Made by a program: the position numbers and the translations under genes
From: Lama guanicoe
Lineage: Eukaryota
Length of the DNA stretch: 64,000 bases
Assembly (NCBI GenBank): GCA_013239625.1
Contig: MU055269.1
Coordinates: 3,659,225 to 3,723,224, forward strand
Direction of reading: 5' to 3'
Notes under the pieces: model-generated
Told to the model about the DNA's origin: nothing
Seen by the model: the letters and a program-made list of their open reading frames with translations, nothing else
Databases searched by the model: none
Part shown: one piece after another, positions 24,933 through 37,330 of the stretch
Position numbering within the stretch: the stretch's first letter is position 1
Layout: every line of letters starts with the position of its first letter

Positions 24933-25077
24933 GGGCCACAAGCGGAAGCTGAGCGAGGGGGATGCTGCCAGCGGGTCCAGCTGCGAGGACGAGGAGGACG
25001 AGGACGAGGAGGGGGGCAGCTCGGAGGCAGACGAGATGGCGGCTGCGCTGGAGGCCGAGCTGGGCGACCTCATGTGA
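24933..25077 (+). CDS. CTDP1: CTDP1 exon 13 coding part (TFIIF/RAP74-binding C-terminus), stop TGA at 25075-25077
   Basis: ctcccacag|GGGCC. Translates GHKRKLSEGD...SSEADEMAAALEAELGDLM*. Confidence 0.96.
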
Positions 25078-25781
25078 CCGCCGGGCGGGGCTGGCACACG
25101 GCCACCTCCGTCTGCACAGGCCGCCCCCGGTGGGGTTGCCTTTTCTCCAGAGGGACGTGTCTGTTTAGCACAGCTCAACATACAGAAACACGTTATTTTG
25201 AAGAAAATAGGTGTTTTTAGAAATTTTACTACAGGAAAGCCGACTTTTTTAAGTGACAGCGTGTGACGGGGAGCGTGGTTCATGCCAAAGATGCTGGTCA
25301 GCTCAGCGGAGCCGCCTGGCGAGCTGGAGCTTGTGGTCTGCTGTCAGGCAATGAGGGGCTTGGGGGGGCTCCCTAAATACCGCACTTCATTTAGGGAGGA
25401 GACTGGGGATCCGACACCACGTGGGGGACGATGTCATGAGAACCCACATTTTCATGCTTTTTCACAACTATAGCCACCAAACAAACGTGTTGGATGTTAA
25501 CTGAGGCAGAACAGTCACGTGCGTCAAAACCTGACATCGGGTGGACAGGCCTAGGGGGCCCAAGGGAGCAGCACCGAGGCAGCCGGGCCCCTGGAGCTCT
25601 GCAGCAACCCGGGTTCCAGCACGGGGTCCACTCCACACACCCAGACCGCCCCCTTCCTCCGCAGGCGTCTGGAGTCTGGACAGAGGGCTGCCCTCAGTAG
25701 CAGCCTGGCTCCCCTGCGAGATCGGATGTAAAGTTTTGTATATCGATTTCGTATTTGACACACAGATTTTTTCTTTCATTT

Positions 25782-25787
25782 AATAAA
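25782..25787 (+). terminator. CTDP1: CTDP1 main polyadenylation signal AATAAA (3' UTR about 25078-25810)
   Basis: First AATAAA I find after the stop, in a U-rich context with upstream TGTA motifs (gatgtaaagttttgtatatc). Confidence 0.8.
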
Positions 25788-26544
25788 AGTCCTTTTTGTA
25801 AGCCTTCTCCTCTGCCCCACTCCCTCTGTGCAGGATCCAGCTCACGCACCGCGTGGGTGAGCCACCCCGCACCGCCACCCTGTCAGGGAGCTCGCGGGGC
25901 AGAAGGTGTCTCAGAAGATTCCTGGCTGAGTTACCGGGGCCTTGGAAGGTTAAACAAAAACAGGTGCTCTCTGAAGCCATTCCGTGGCTGTTTTCCTGTT
26001 ACTGGGAGGAGCTTTTCAAAGGTGTCATTTCTGATTACTAGATCTATGGAAATCAGATCTAAGGCGCCTAAGGAAACTGAGGCAGCTTTGCTGGTAGGTC
26101 CTCACCCCTGACAAGGTAGAGAGTGAGACTTTGTACACGACGTGGCACCAGACGGCCTGGGCTGGGGTTGCCCTGGGACCTCGGCTCTGGCCTCAGGCCG
26201 CGCGCGGCCCCCGGGGTGGGCAGCGGGCGAATTGGCCTTTGTGCCCCTTTGAGGCAGCCACTCGGGGCCCTGCCTGTGTGCTCCCTGCTGGGTGGCGGGC
26301 TGCAGGTGGAAGAACCCGGAGCCCAGCCTGTGTCTGTGACCTGTGGTGGTCACATGGAGAAGGAGCCTGGGGCTATAGTGTCGGCTAAGCTGCCTGAGGC
26401 GTTGATTAGAGACTTCAGTGCTGACTCGCTGAGACGTCGCGGGTGAGCTGCTTCAACTCGACACCAACACAGCGGACATTTTTCTTTCCGTTTTCTGGGC
26501 TAATCACTGAATTAAAAGTGAGCATTAGGCTAAGGCTGTGTGCT

Positions 26545-26800
26545 CTTAATACTTTCTCTGTTGCAAGTAACAGAGTCACAGCTCCAGTGAGCTTATCTTC
26601 CTGTGCTGGCACTTGTCTGAGAAGTTACGGAGCAGCTTCAGGTTCGGCTGGATCCAGGTGTTAGATGCTTAGGTGTCACTGGAAACCTGAATCCTCCTCC
26701 CAGGGTTTGGCCTCCCTCTGCTGGCGGCACTCAGGGCAGACCTTCTGCACAGTGTCATCCACTCTCCCAGCGGTGGGGTGGGGGCAGTACCACAGTGCAC
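26545..26800. mobile_element. MaLR LTR relic (MLT1J/K/L-like)
   Basis: gttgcaagtaacaga...gcttcaggttcggctggatccagg matches my recollection of the MLT1K-type consensus. Confidence 0.6.
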
Positions 26801-28354
26801 ATGGGGATGTGTGTGGGTAGGCAGCCGTCAGGAGTCCAGGCACAGCCCTTGCCTCGTCTCCCCACCAAGGTGGATGTGAATGCACGCACTCAGCACCCTC
26901 CACGACGGCAGCAATGCGGCCCTCCAAGACTTCCAGTCAAAACCGTTCCCATGGAACAGAAACAGGGACCCCCCTGGTAGGTGGTCTGTTAGGCTAGAAA
27001 TGGAGATGGCAGGATTGTGACGCTGAGTAACCTCAGTGCAAACACAGCAGCCTCCTAGGTGGGTACTTCTAGAAAGGGTCAGCGCTGGCGGCGTCTTGCA
27101 GCCTTGTTGCCAGTGGACGCTGAGCCAGCAGGGACCACCGCTGTCCTGGGGGAGCCGGGGTCTTCACTTCCAAAGCAGAAGGGCAAGGCTCCCGGGAGAG
27201 GGCGGCAGGGCGACATCTCCCCCTTGTGCCTTAGTTGATGCACACCTTTCAGGTGTGTCCAGCGCTGGAGCAAACCACACAGTTACTTAAAACTTGGCTC
27301 AGCCGAGGCTGGGGCCAGCAGGGCTGGGTGTCGGGCTGCTAGTCCCTGGGGCCCCTCGTGCCTCCTGTGGAGCTGCCACCAGCGTGGCCAGCTCGCCTCT
27401 CAGGTAAGGGCTGCCCGGGGCCAGCAGCCCTGATGGTCATGCAGAGAGAAACGCGCTGAGGTCGGGGGAAATGCTGAATTCAGTGCCACTCTCCCAAATG
27501 ACGTCTTTTTTAGAATTTTAATAGGAAACTTGGAACTTGCTTCCTTGAACGTAACTTAAATGTCAGACCCTATGCTTAAAATGACTGTTAGGAAATTCAT
27601 GACCAAGAATTGAGAGAGAGAAATCTTGTTGGCACAAGTAGATAATAAATCTTAGGCCATTTATTTACCAACATTCAAAAATCTGTAACACTGGAGATTC
27701 GGTGAAAGTTTCCTTTCCTCCTTGAGAAAGGGGAGGTTGAAATTTTGTGTAAACGTGAGTGGACTCCTGCCCCATCTGAGTTTTTCACATTACGTTTTTA
27801 AAACAACCGTGAAGCTGTAACATGCAGGTGCCAACATGGATGGACGGCTAGGTCCAACCTGGTCCACAGGCCCACTCCTCACGGGAACCTGGACTCAGGG
27901 CCGGGCTGCCAAGGCATCTGGGCGGGGGCCCCCGTGCTCCCCGTGAGGACCCTGGAGAGGGTGGAGGACGGCTACGCTCAGAGTGACCGGCCACCCACTT
28001 GTATGCCTGGAGGGGCGCTTCATGCTGCGTTGTGTCCATGGAGCTGTTACTGTCAAGATCAGAGTCAATCCAGCCCACGCACAGTCTGCTGTGTGTGCAC
28101 CGTGTGTGTGTGCGCGCGTACACTCATGTTCAGAGGTGCAGCCTGGTTTCAAGTACACTCGTCACACACAGAGGTGACAGTCACAGCCAGCATTTACTGT
28201 ACTTTCCAGTGGTCACGTGCCTGGCTTTTTAAAATGAGTCTAATTGTGAACTTTTTAACATAAACCATCGGGGACGAAGGAAAAAATGCTCTGACCCTGC
28301 CACCAAGTCTAACCACGGTAACATTTCAGTGTGTTGTTTCAGTTTCTTAGGCAT

Positions 28355-28770
28355 ATTGTTTAAAAAATTTTATTTTTGGAACAGCTTAAGTTTAGAGCGA
28401 AATTGAGGGGAAGGTACAGAGACTCCCGCACAGCCCTGCCCCCTCCACGCACAGCCCCTGTTACCTGCCTCCCCCAGATGGCACCTTTGTTACGACTGAT
28501 GGACTTATGGTGACACAGGATCATCACCCCAAACCCACAGCTCAGAGTGAAACTCACTCTTGGAGTCGAACGTTCTTTGCGTTTGGACACATCCAGCGTC
28601 ACCGTGTCACGCAGAGGATTTTTACTGCCTGAAATCCTCTCTGCGCCATTCATCTTCCCCGGCCCCACCGACTGTCCACTGTGTCCACGGTTTTATCTTT
28701 TCCAGAACATCATGTAGTTGGAATCGCACATCATGCAGCCCTTTCAGAGGGGCTTCGTCAGTATCCAATA
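28355..28770 (-). mobile_element. L1MC-like 3' end, antisense
   Basis: ttttatttttggaacagcttaagtttagagcgaaattgaggggaaggtacagaga...ttttccagaacatcatgtagttggaatc is typical of an L1M 3' UTR. Confidence 0.7.
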
Positions 28771-28964
28771 TGCAGAAGGGGGCTGCTGGGGACTCCAGAG
28801 GTGTCTTCAAAGGGTGCTTTGCAAGAAAAGCAGAAGAGAGAGGAGAGCCTTTTGGCTAAGACAGAGGCGTGTCATCCAGTCCTAATGCGGGCTCGTCTGG
28901 GTCCTAATTCACACAAACTGAAGGTAGGCAGACGTGAAAGCACACGGCATGACACGGTCAGAAT

Positions 28965-29220
28965 TTTAAACATTGAACAGACGTATGATAGTAACGAATA
29001 TTCTTTTCTTTTAGGTGAGGTGTAGCGTTTCTAAAAGCTCCTTTTTTAGGAACAGTACTGAAATGTTTATGGATGAAATGACGTGGTGTCTGGGGTTTGC
29101 ATCAGAACATCCCCAGGCACAGCGGGGAGGGCGGGGGCCCAGAGGGACCACAGTCGGCTGGTCTTCCCTGGAAAGCCGCAGTTCTGCCCAATTTGTGTGC
29201 ATTTGGAATCTTCCGTAGGA
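28965..29220 (+). mobile_element. Old L1M 3' end, sense
   Basis: tactgaaatgtttatggatgaaatgacgtggtgtctggggtttgc resembles L1MC4/L1ME 3' ends. Confidence 0.55.
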
Positions 29221-32200
29221 AGAAGCGGGAGCACGTGAGTAAAGGGGCTCAGTCCGAGCTGAAAGGAGCACAGGATGAGGCCGGTGCTCTGAAGTAACAG
29301 GATGCTTCTGTCAGTTCCCGCACCCCAGGCTTTGGGCACCACGTCCAGCTGTCTTTCTGAAAGGTATTGGGGGTCTTTTGTAGCAGATATGGGAATAGCA
29401 CCAGTTTCAGGTGGTCATTTGGAAAAAAAGCTCTACGCACACTTGTCTGAGAGCCACTTCCCCGGCGCTGGGACCAGAGTGCTGAGACGCGGCTGCCCCT
29501 CTCTGTGGGACCCACCCCAGTGCGGCCCCACCTAGGGAGACCTGTCCTGGGCATTCTAGCCGCGACGCAGCAGTCCTGAGACGTTGCTCCCGTTTCCAGT
29601 GCAGCAGTGAGACTGGAGGAGAGCTAGGCTCCGGCAGAGGGACGTGGGCAGCAGCAGGGCTGTCATGGTCCTAAACCTCCCACTGGCGGGGGGGTCCACG
29701 TACCTTACGTTCACTCCATGCAGCGAGTGACCAGGCCGGCCACTGACCAGGGGGAAGGTCCCCTCCCCCACAGGGAGGCGCCTCGGTCACAGGAAAACGG
29801 GCAGGAACCCTCCACCGGGACGGCAGAAACATCGGGAGTAACCACGCAGCGTGATGATGCTTTGTCTGGATTTTTGCTGGTTGCATTTGAAGTGCAGACA
29901 GGAAGCTGAGTGCCTAAGGTGGAACCTGCCAGCAGACCTATGGAAACAAGAATGTACGTTTCTCGAGACTCCTCAGTGCCACGCACCTTCCCCAATACTC
30001 AGACAGACCGTCTCCACTCTGGTTGCACTGAGGTTCTGTGAGGTGAGTGGGCTGGCTGCAGCCCAGCGGGACAGAGCAGGGCCCCAGGTCCCCCGCGGGG
30101 ATGAGTCGGGCTGGCGCACAGGAAGGAGCCAGAGCAGGAGAGCCAGCCCACACGGAGGACCCTGGGCGGGCCGGACCGTGGGAGCGGTGAGGAGACAGAC
30201 CCTCAGGAGGTGTGGGGAAGCCAGGGCAGCGCCATCCTTCCAGCCCAGGTGCTCTGCCCACTGCCCGGCATGTCCGCAGCCCTTTGGTCCTGAGGTTTCT
30301 CTCCGGCACCAGCTCGTCTCCTCTGAGCCTAGCCATCCTGGGCACCAGCCGCCAGCTGGCCCTGGCTCCCCCCATAGGACCACGGGACACCTCCCGCAGA
30401 TAAGAGCTAAGGACACCAGGGGCCACATGCGTGAAAGGAAGGCCACGAGGGCCAATGCTGGGGAATCCTGGGTTCCCACCACCGAGCGGCACAGGCCTGG
30501 CCTGCTTGGTGACAACGTGCTGTCTTCAGTAGCCCCTGACTGCTGCCAAAATTCTGGTCCCCAAGGTTGTTGTCTTCAAATGCAAGTCTCTACCCTGTTT
30601 GGATGACGTGTGCGGGATGTTTCTGCTGGCATCTGGCAGCACGCCGCCTTCACTCACCACGTTGTGGTCCCCACCTCAGAGCAAACCGGAGGAGTCAGTG
30701 TGGAAACACATAAAGCAAAGCAAAACGTGGCCGTCCTCACGACAAGAGAAACACAAAGCAATCTCTGTGGTGGAGACCCAGCGGCTTCTTTCTAGTCTGT
30801 TCCCACGTGTGATCTGGGCACCTGGCGGGCGTGTGCTCACATTGCCTGCTGCTCCCAGTGAGCCCAGCGGCGTCCCAGGTGCACACCTGCTCGGCACAAC
30901 CCTGACTGTGCATCCTGGGAAGCCTCTGTGAACCTGCCTAGGGGTTTGCTCCAAACGCCTGCTTCTCCATCCCCGGCATGGGCCAATGCAGAGGTCTGCA
31001 GACCACAGCGGAGCAGGCTGGGCTGGCCTCGCTGCCACCAGCCTGTGTAGGGCGCCAGTTGTCCCCGGCCTGTCAGCGTTGCCTCCCCGCGTGGCTCCTA
31101 GGCTCTGAGGTGAGCAGTTCTGTGACCCACACAGGACACGATGCAGTGCTTGCTGTAGATCATGTGAACCACCCTCTGGACACACACACGTGTGCACACA
31201 CGTGTACACGCATGCGCCATCGCCTGGAGGTGACTGGTGTCCTGCTCACACAGGATCTTCCGGTGGGCACTAACCTCTGACACCTCTGAGACAGGCAGTC
31301 TGTGTGGGCACGGAAGTCCTCCGAGGATCTGGCCCTCGAGGCCGAGCTGCTCCCAGCAGCGCGAGCTGACGATGTCGCTGTGTGACGTGGCCTGAGAGGC
31401 TTCAGCATGCTCCAGGACATTTGCAGGGCAGCTGCTCCTGGCTCTCCCAGCAAAGTGGCCCAGATTTGAGGTTAGGGGTGTGCTGGATTCCTGCATGTGC
31501 CGCGGGGAGGGAGCCTGGCACACGGTCAGGACTGACCGAGGGTCAGGAGCCACCCAGCTCATGCCGAGGGGGACAAGAGGCCTTGGGGAGCCCCTGCCCT
31601 GGGGATCCCTATGGGCCTGGTCAGCCCTGCCGAGAAGGCTCCCCCCGGAAGTCTGGGCGCCCAGCAGGGGAGACCCTGACCTGCGCACCTGCGCCTGCCA
31701 CCCAGAGCCCATCGGGATCTTGGCCTTTTCCCTTCCTCCCTGCAGGTGAGCCCCTCCCAGGCGCCGGGTCGCTGGGGGCGATGCACCCCACCCAATGCAG
31801 CTTGGTGGGGAGATGCTGGGGGGCAGGTCCTGTCCGGATGCATCCCTGGGGGTGAAGCTGCTGCCTGGCCCTTGGCCCCCAGCCCATGAGCGTCACCTTT
31901 GCTGAGAACGAAATGGATTGAGGCCCAAGGGCACCTTCCTCCTTGCTAGGGTGTGGGCGGTGGGTAGTGGGGGCAGACAGCCATGCAGCTGGCCTGAGCC
32001 TCCCGCTGAGTCTGGCCCTGGAGCAGGTCACAGGGGTGGGGGGGTCACGGCGCCACGCAGGTCCCATCAGGCAGGTGGCACAGCTAGGGGGAGGGTGCAG
32101 GGCAGGAGGGGAGGGCTCAGCCGGTGCGTTGGAACAGTGCTTCTTGCGGGCCCTCCGACCTTCTGAGGACCCGGATTAAAGGGCTGGGGGCCATGGAGCC

Positions 32201-35200
32201 GAGAAGTCCTGCCCGCCTGTACTGCTCTCCCAACCCCACGAGTGTTTCCTCCAGGCATTTGCTGTGCACGTGGGTCTCCTCGGAGGAGGCTGGCCCTCCC
32301 CACACTGAGTTGAGGATTAACTTGTGTCCTTCATTGAAGGGAATTCACTGCTGTTAATAAAGTAACATTGTTGCATTTCAACCTAAACATCTTTCACTCA
32401 CCTCCTCTTTTCTACTCCAAACAGTCCCAAACGCACCCCAAACCCCATTTTCCATTACTGTGCATTAGATCTGCCCCATGGCAGTGACCCCAGAACACTG
32501 GACCACAAGGGCCTTTCACTACCCCAGTCCCAGCAGAGAACAAAAACAGATAAATTATGACTTCACTGCTTTGTTCAATTTTTAGACGTTTTTTCCCCAG
32601 GGTCACCACAAGGAAGCTGACTGATTTCTTTAAGTAGCATTTTTCACAGGCACTGGTGACTGTAAAACTGATTTGCAGAAAGGAGTGGTTTTAAATCGCT
32701 GGAACACCAAACTTCGCCACACGTGGCATTTTATCCCAAGAGCAGTGATTTGTCGTGAATTCTGTTCCCTTTCAGTGACCACAGGACTGGAACAGAGAAT
32801 CCACGTGCCACGTAGCTCCTTACAGACTGTCCTCTGTCACAGAGATGCGCCTGCTAGTGCCCCGGTTCCCGCAGGCCCAGAACTCATCTGCTGGAACAAA
32901 CGGTAGCTCGAGGGAGGACGCGGCCCCCGGGCAGGCGGTGGCCCTGCCGGTCACACGGAGCTGGCCCCTGTGTGAGGATGTGGCCCTGATTCTGCCTGAT
33001 ACGCTGCTTTCGGCTGTCTGGGGAGGAACCGCCCGGCCCGACCACAGAACCCGAAGTCAGGGGAGAAGGCACCTCAGCCCACTTTGGTCGCTGCCGTCCC
33101 GGCACCACATCCCCTGCCCCATCATGCCCCTCCAGTCCTTCTCAAAATCAGATCCCCAATTAGCGTTAAAGGCTCCTCCCAAGCCCTTGCCGCCTGGAGC
33201 CTGCGGAGCCCAGGCCTCCGCCTCCCCGCGCATCCCACCGCCCGCCCTGCCGTGGCCCCATGGGGGAACTGAACCAGAGACAGCCGCGCAGGCCTGGTAC
33301 CAGCCCTCCTCCAACACCTGCTAAGAGTCACATGCAAACTTGGGGCCACGTGGGGAGGACACCCCGCCCCACAGAAGGCAGCCCTGGGACCTCCGGGGTG
33401 AAAGGGGCCCCTGGCTTCCGGAAGCAGTCCCCGCCCTATGCTCCCTGGATGGAGAAGTGAGGTTAGAGCCTCCAGCTGAGCCCCGAACATCTGTGGCATC
33501 AGCCGGGCAGCCAGCAGGACCCCGTGACCTGCTGCTGCTCCAAATCCAACTGGAAGCAAACTTTGTCTGCATTGGTGGCTGCTGTCCTAAAACAGCATCA
33601 GAGATTCCCCACCGAGGTTTCCCCGGCCCGCCTCCCCCAGCTCCTGGGAGCTTTCCCACCACCTTCCTGAAGTCCCAGTCCTCCCCACAGAGCTCTGCGC
33701 TGCCTCAGGGCTGCCTGCTCACCAGACCCAGCACACAGCAGGTGCCGACTATCCATTCGCTCACCGGGGATAACGGCAGTGACCACCGGGGAGCCTGGGG
33801 CTTCGGGGGAGGATGGTGGCTGGGCTGATGGGTCCTGGATAGTGCCTTGTAGGGGCCCCTTCTCAAAAGGGCCTGCTGCACTTCCGTGTGCTCACGCTGG
33901 GTCTGCGCCCAGGGTCCAGCTCGAAGAAAGGGTTCCCGCTAAATAAGGTGACCAGAACAGCAACAGCAGTGATAGTAAGGCTGAAACATCACTGGCTTAA
34001 GAAACCTGCTACGTGCTTCCAGCACCAAGTGAAAGATGTGCGGCATCAGGTTTTCTCTTGCTGAAAAAGTCGCTTGATGAGAAAATGCAAACCCAGGGAG
34101 ACCAGCGCTCCGCACAGCAGGTGTTCGTCCTGACAAGCCGCCTTGGCAATGTTTGGAAGCGGTAAACACAGTTCCATTCAGGGTGTCACAACACACACTT
34201 AATGAATGGACAGAAAACAGACCCAGCCTCGTCGGCACCCACGTCCCTGCAGGTCCACAAGGAGCATCTCGGGAAGAAAACAAGACTCCCGCCAGGACCC
34301 CCACGGGGCCGGTCCCACTGGGCGAGTCTGGGCTGTGAAGTCTCAGGTTTAAAATCGGGGGTGGGGGGGTGCTCCTTGTCGCCAGGAGCCCAGCTGAGAA
34401 GGAAAAGCCTGCTGACTCACCCGCATCCTCGGAGACATGATGTCCCCCCGACGTCCTTTCTCTGTCCCTGGGTGCCGCCTTTGGGCGACTGGCCCCTTGT
34501 CCCTCCAGGTCGTCAGTCTGTCCTTATGTGTCGTGACCCAGACCTTCTGATGTGCATGGCCGGACATCTCACCGACTGTGCTTCCTCGCACTCTGTCCCC
34601 GCCGTGCGCGTCCCAAGAACCGGCAGAGACAGCGGCCTCACCGGGCAGCGTCTCAGAAGGCTGGGGTCAGCCTGCGTCAGCACCAGGGTCTGGCCATCTG
34701 CCACGCTCCCACCTGTTTCAGAGGTGCGCCGGGGAGGCTCCAAGACCTGCAGCCACCCTGGTTGTCATCGAGCTTCTGCGCCCGGGGTCCCGGCTTCTCC
34801 CCCACATTCCTCGTGGTGGAGACTAAAATGGGCAGAAAGCATTTAGTGAGATTAAGAGGGGATTAAAATTGGGGCCTAAGAGATCGAGGCTTGTGAGGGT
34901 CTGAACACAGCCTGTCCCTGGGGGTGGACACGGCCCTGGTGGACGCCCCTCCTGGAGGACCGACACGGCAGCCTTGGAGTCTGGCCCCTGCACAGCCGGC
35001 AGCAGGCCCTGGAAATCAGATCATCAAAGGAGTAACAGGAGGGACCTGAAGCTCCCAGGAGAGGCTCAGGGGTGGCGTCAGGGCTGGACCAGCGCCTGGT
35101 GACAAGGGTCTTCGCTCTCCTGTCTTCAAGGCGTGTTCTGGGGAAACAAAAGTACTCAGCGTGATGACAGACAGAAAAGCCAGTGCAGCCCACAGCCCAG

Positions 35201-36849
35201 AGGTCGAGTCCCCTCGAAGGCTTCTCCGTCCTGACCTCTCTTGTGGGTTCCCTCCCCCTTGGCCGACCTCGACTCCAGATGGCCCTAATGTCTCTTCGCC
35301 TTGGCCGCCACCCGCAGGCTCACCTCCTGGTGACAGTCCCCAGGTGTGGGAAGCTCAGCAGAACCACGGGCAGGACGACACTTCGAGGGACACGTGTGAC
35401 ACGAGCGTGGAGTCGACGGGCGAGGGCCCGGGCCTGGGAGAGGTCTGGGTCTCTGTGGGGCCCACTCACTCGTGTCCTGAACCACGATTCTTCTTTGCTT
35501 CCACTGGTGGTCACTCAGCCGCCCGCTGGGACCGGGGGGCTTTCCCGTCCCCTTGATGCAGAGCGTGAGTTTTCTCATGGAAGAGGTTTGTGGGGAGAGC
35601 GGCTCTAATTAACCTCAACCTTTGTGGGGTTCTGGTCAGACAGAAGCGCTGCTCACATCCTGCAGCCTGGGTGGGGCGGCCTGTGGTCGACGCTCAGCGT
35701 GCGTGGGGAAAGGACGCCTGCCTGCAGAGGGACGGCCGGGGGTCCCTGCCCACTGTTTACCAGCATCAGTGTCACCTGAAGTGTGTTAAAGAGAGAAAAT
35801 GCAAAGCACGCAGAAGACAGCACGATTAGCTGGTTCGTTATATAAATGTGCCGTAACGCATTTAGCAGCAGATTTCCATTTCAGCAACAGGAAAAGTATA
35901 AACATGAAGCCCACATGTGCATGAACTTGAATTTTGTTTGCATCTCCTGCGCTGTAAACACATATGTGCCCGGGCCCACCCACACGCAGAGCCCAGTGGG
36001 CTCCTGCCCCCGCCTCACGGTACGAGTTCCCCCACAATCTGAAGGGGGCCTCATTGGACCCTCTGGTCATTCCACTGGCACGTTAGGGGTTGGGGGGACA
36101 AGTGGGCCTGAAAATGGGCATGAGGCAGGGTTGGCACTCTTGTCAGAAATTCCTCCAACGCCCGTAGGCCGAGCCCACCACAGGGCTGTCTGCGTGGGAA
36201 GGCCGCTCACTCAGCCACACGCTCTTTAACACCCGTGTTAGAACGTGTTGTGTGAGCAGGTGAGGCTGAGCCGGGTGACGGGTGGGGCAGCCTCCCAGCG
36301 GGCAGGATCTCTCACCTGGCTGAACATGCCCCTGGCCCCGCAGTGCTGCCCTTCTGGGCCTCAGGGCCCCGAGGAGCAGTGCTGACCTGTGGGGCCAGGA
36401 CAACCGACCCCCAAGGCGAGGTAGGGACAAGTCCGTCCTCAGAGCAGGAAGGACTGTCAGAGGGCAGGCTGGGCATGGGGGCAGTTCTAGGGTGTCAAAA
36501 CCAGGATGGCCCAGCCCAACACGTGATCAGGTGCCAGATGGGCTGCTCTGTCCTGGGGAGGGGGCGGCCTGCTGACGGGGCTTCCACAGAGACGCCACCA
36601 GCCGGGGCACCCTCCTCAGCGGCCCGGGGCGCCCAGTGCCGGGGGCCTTCCCACGTGGCCCCTGCAGGAAGGTGGGCTCCGCACCGGGAGGAGGGGCGGC
36701 TGGGCTCTTCACTGTCTAAGTGGGATGAACGCTGGGAGCCCGCAGTGACGTGAAGCCAGACTCCTCTCCTCACTGGGGACGCTGGTCCCCAGTCTGTTTC
36801 CCGGGAGGGGTGGACACGCGGAAGGAGCTGCCTGCCAAGAATTCCACAC

Positions 36850-36960
36850 ATTCAGCTTAGTTTGACGAATGTCTGTTGAACCCCTGCTGTGAGGCAGCCT
36901 CCAATCTAGGAGCTACAGAATAAAGATGAGCAGGCTCTGCCTTTAGAGAGATAGCCTTGA
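36850..36960 (-). mobile_element. L2 3' end fragment
   Basis: gacgaatgtctgttgaacccctgctgtg...ctaggagctacagaataaagatgagcaggctctgcc resembles an L2 tail. Confidence 0.45.
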
Positions 36961-37044
36961 TGCACGAAGGGGTAGTTTTATTACAATACATCAATGGCTA
37001 ATGACTCACACGTGCTCAGGCACTGTCGGGCCCAAAAGAAGGAC

Positions 37045-37330
37045 ACTGAGCTATCAACCGAAACACAACTTTAACTAGTTGAGGCAAGTGGGGATTAGTT
37101 AGCTCGTAGCATCGAGGAAGTGCTGAAAGACCAAGCTAAGAGATTGAAGGTGAGGGTCAGCTTCAGGAACAGCTGAATCCAGGTACTCAAGTGCTACTGG
37201 TGTTCTGTCTGCCTTTCTGCTTCCCTCCCCACTATCCCAGCTTCCTCCAGCCACGGAAAAAGACCCCAAGCCCACATGTCTCACCCCCAGCTGCTTCCTG
37301 GGCTGGGGCTTCCACATGAAGCACACGCAC
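37045..37330. mobile_element. MaLR LTR relic (MLT1J/K-like)
   Basis: cagcttcaggaacagctgaatccaggtactcaa shares the motif seen at 26635-26660. Confidence 0.5.

Noticed and set aside
29851-30606. 251-aa ORF and other 150-220-aa intergenic ORFs (for example 34202-34846, 39677-40342, 48069-48743)
   Set aside because: No recognisable homology or splice-consistent exon structure; expected by chance at this GC content.
34678-34698. REST/NRSE half-sites (TCAGCACC here; GGACAGCGC at about 43266)
   Set aside because: Only half of the 21-bp element is present at each site.
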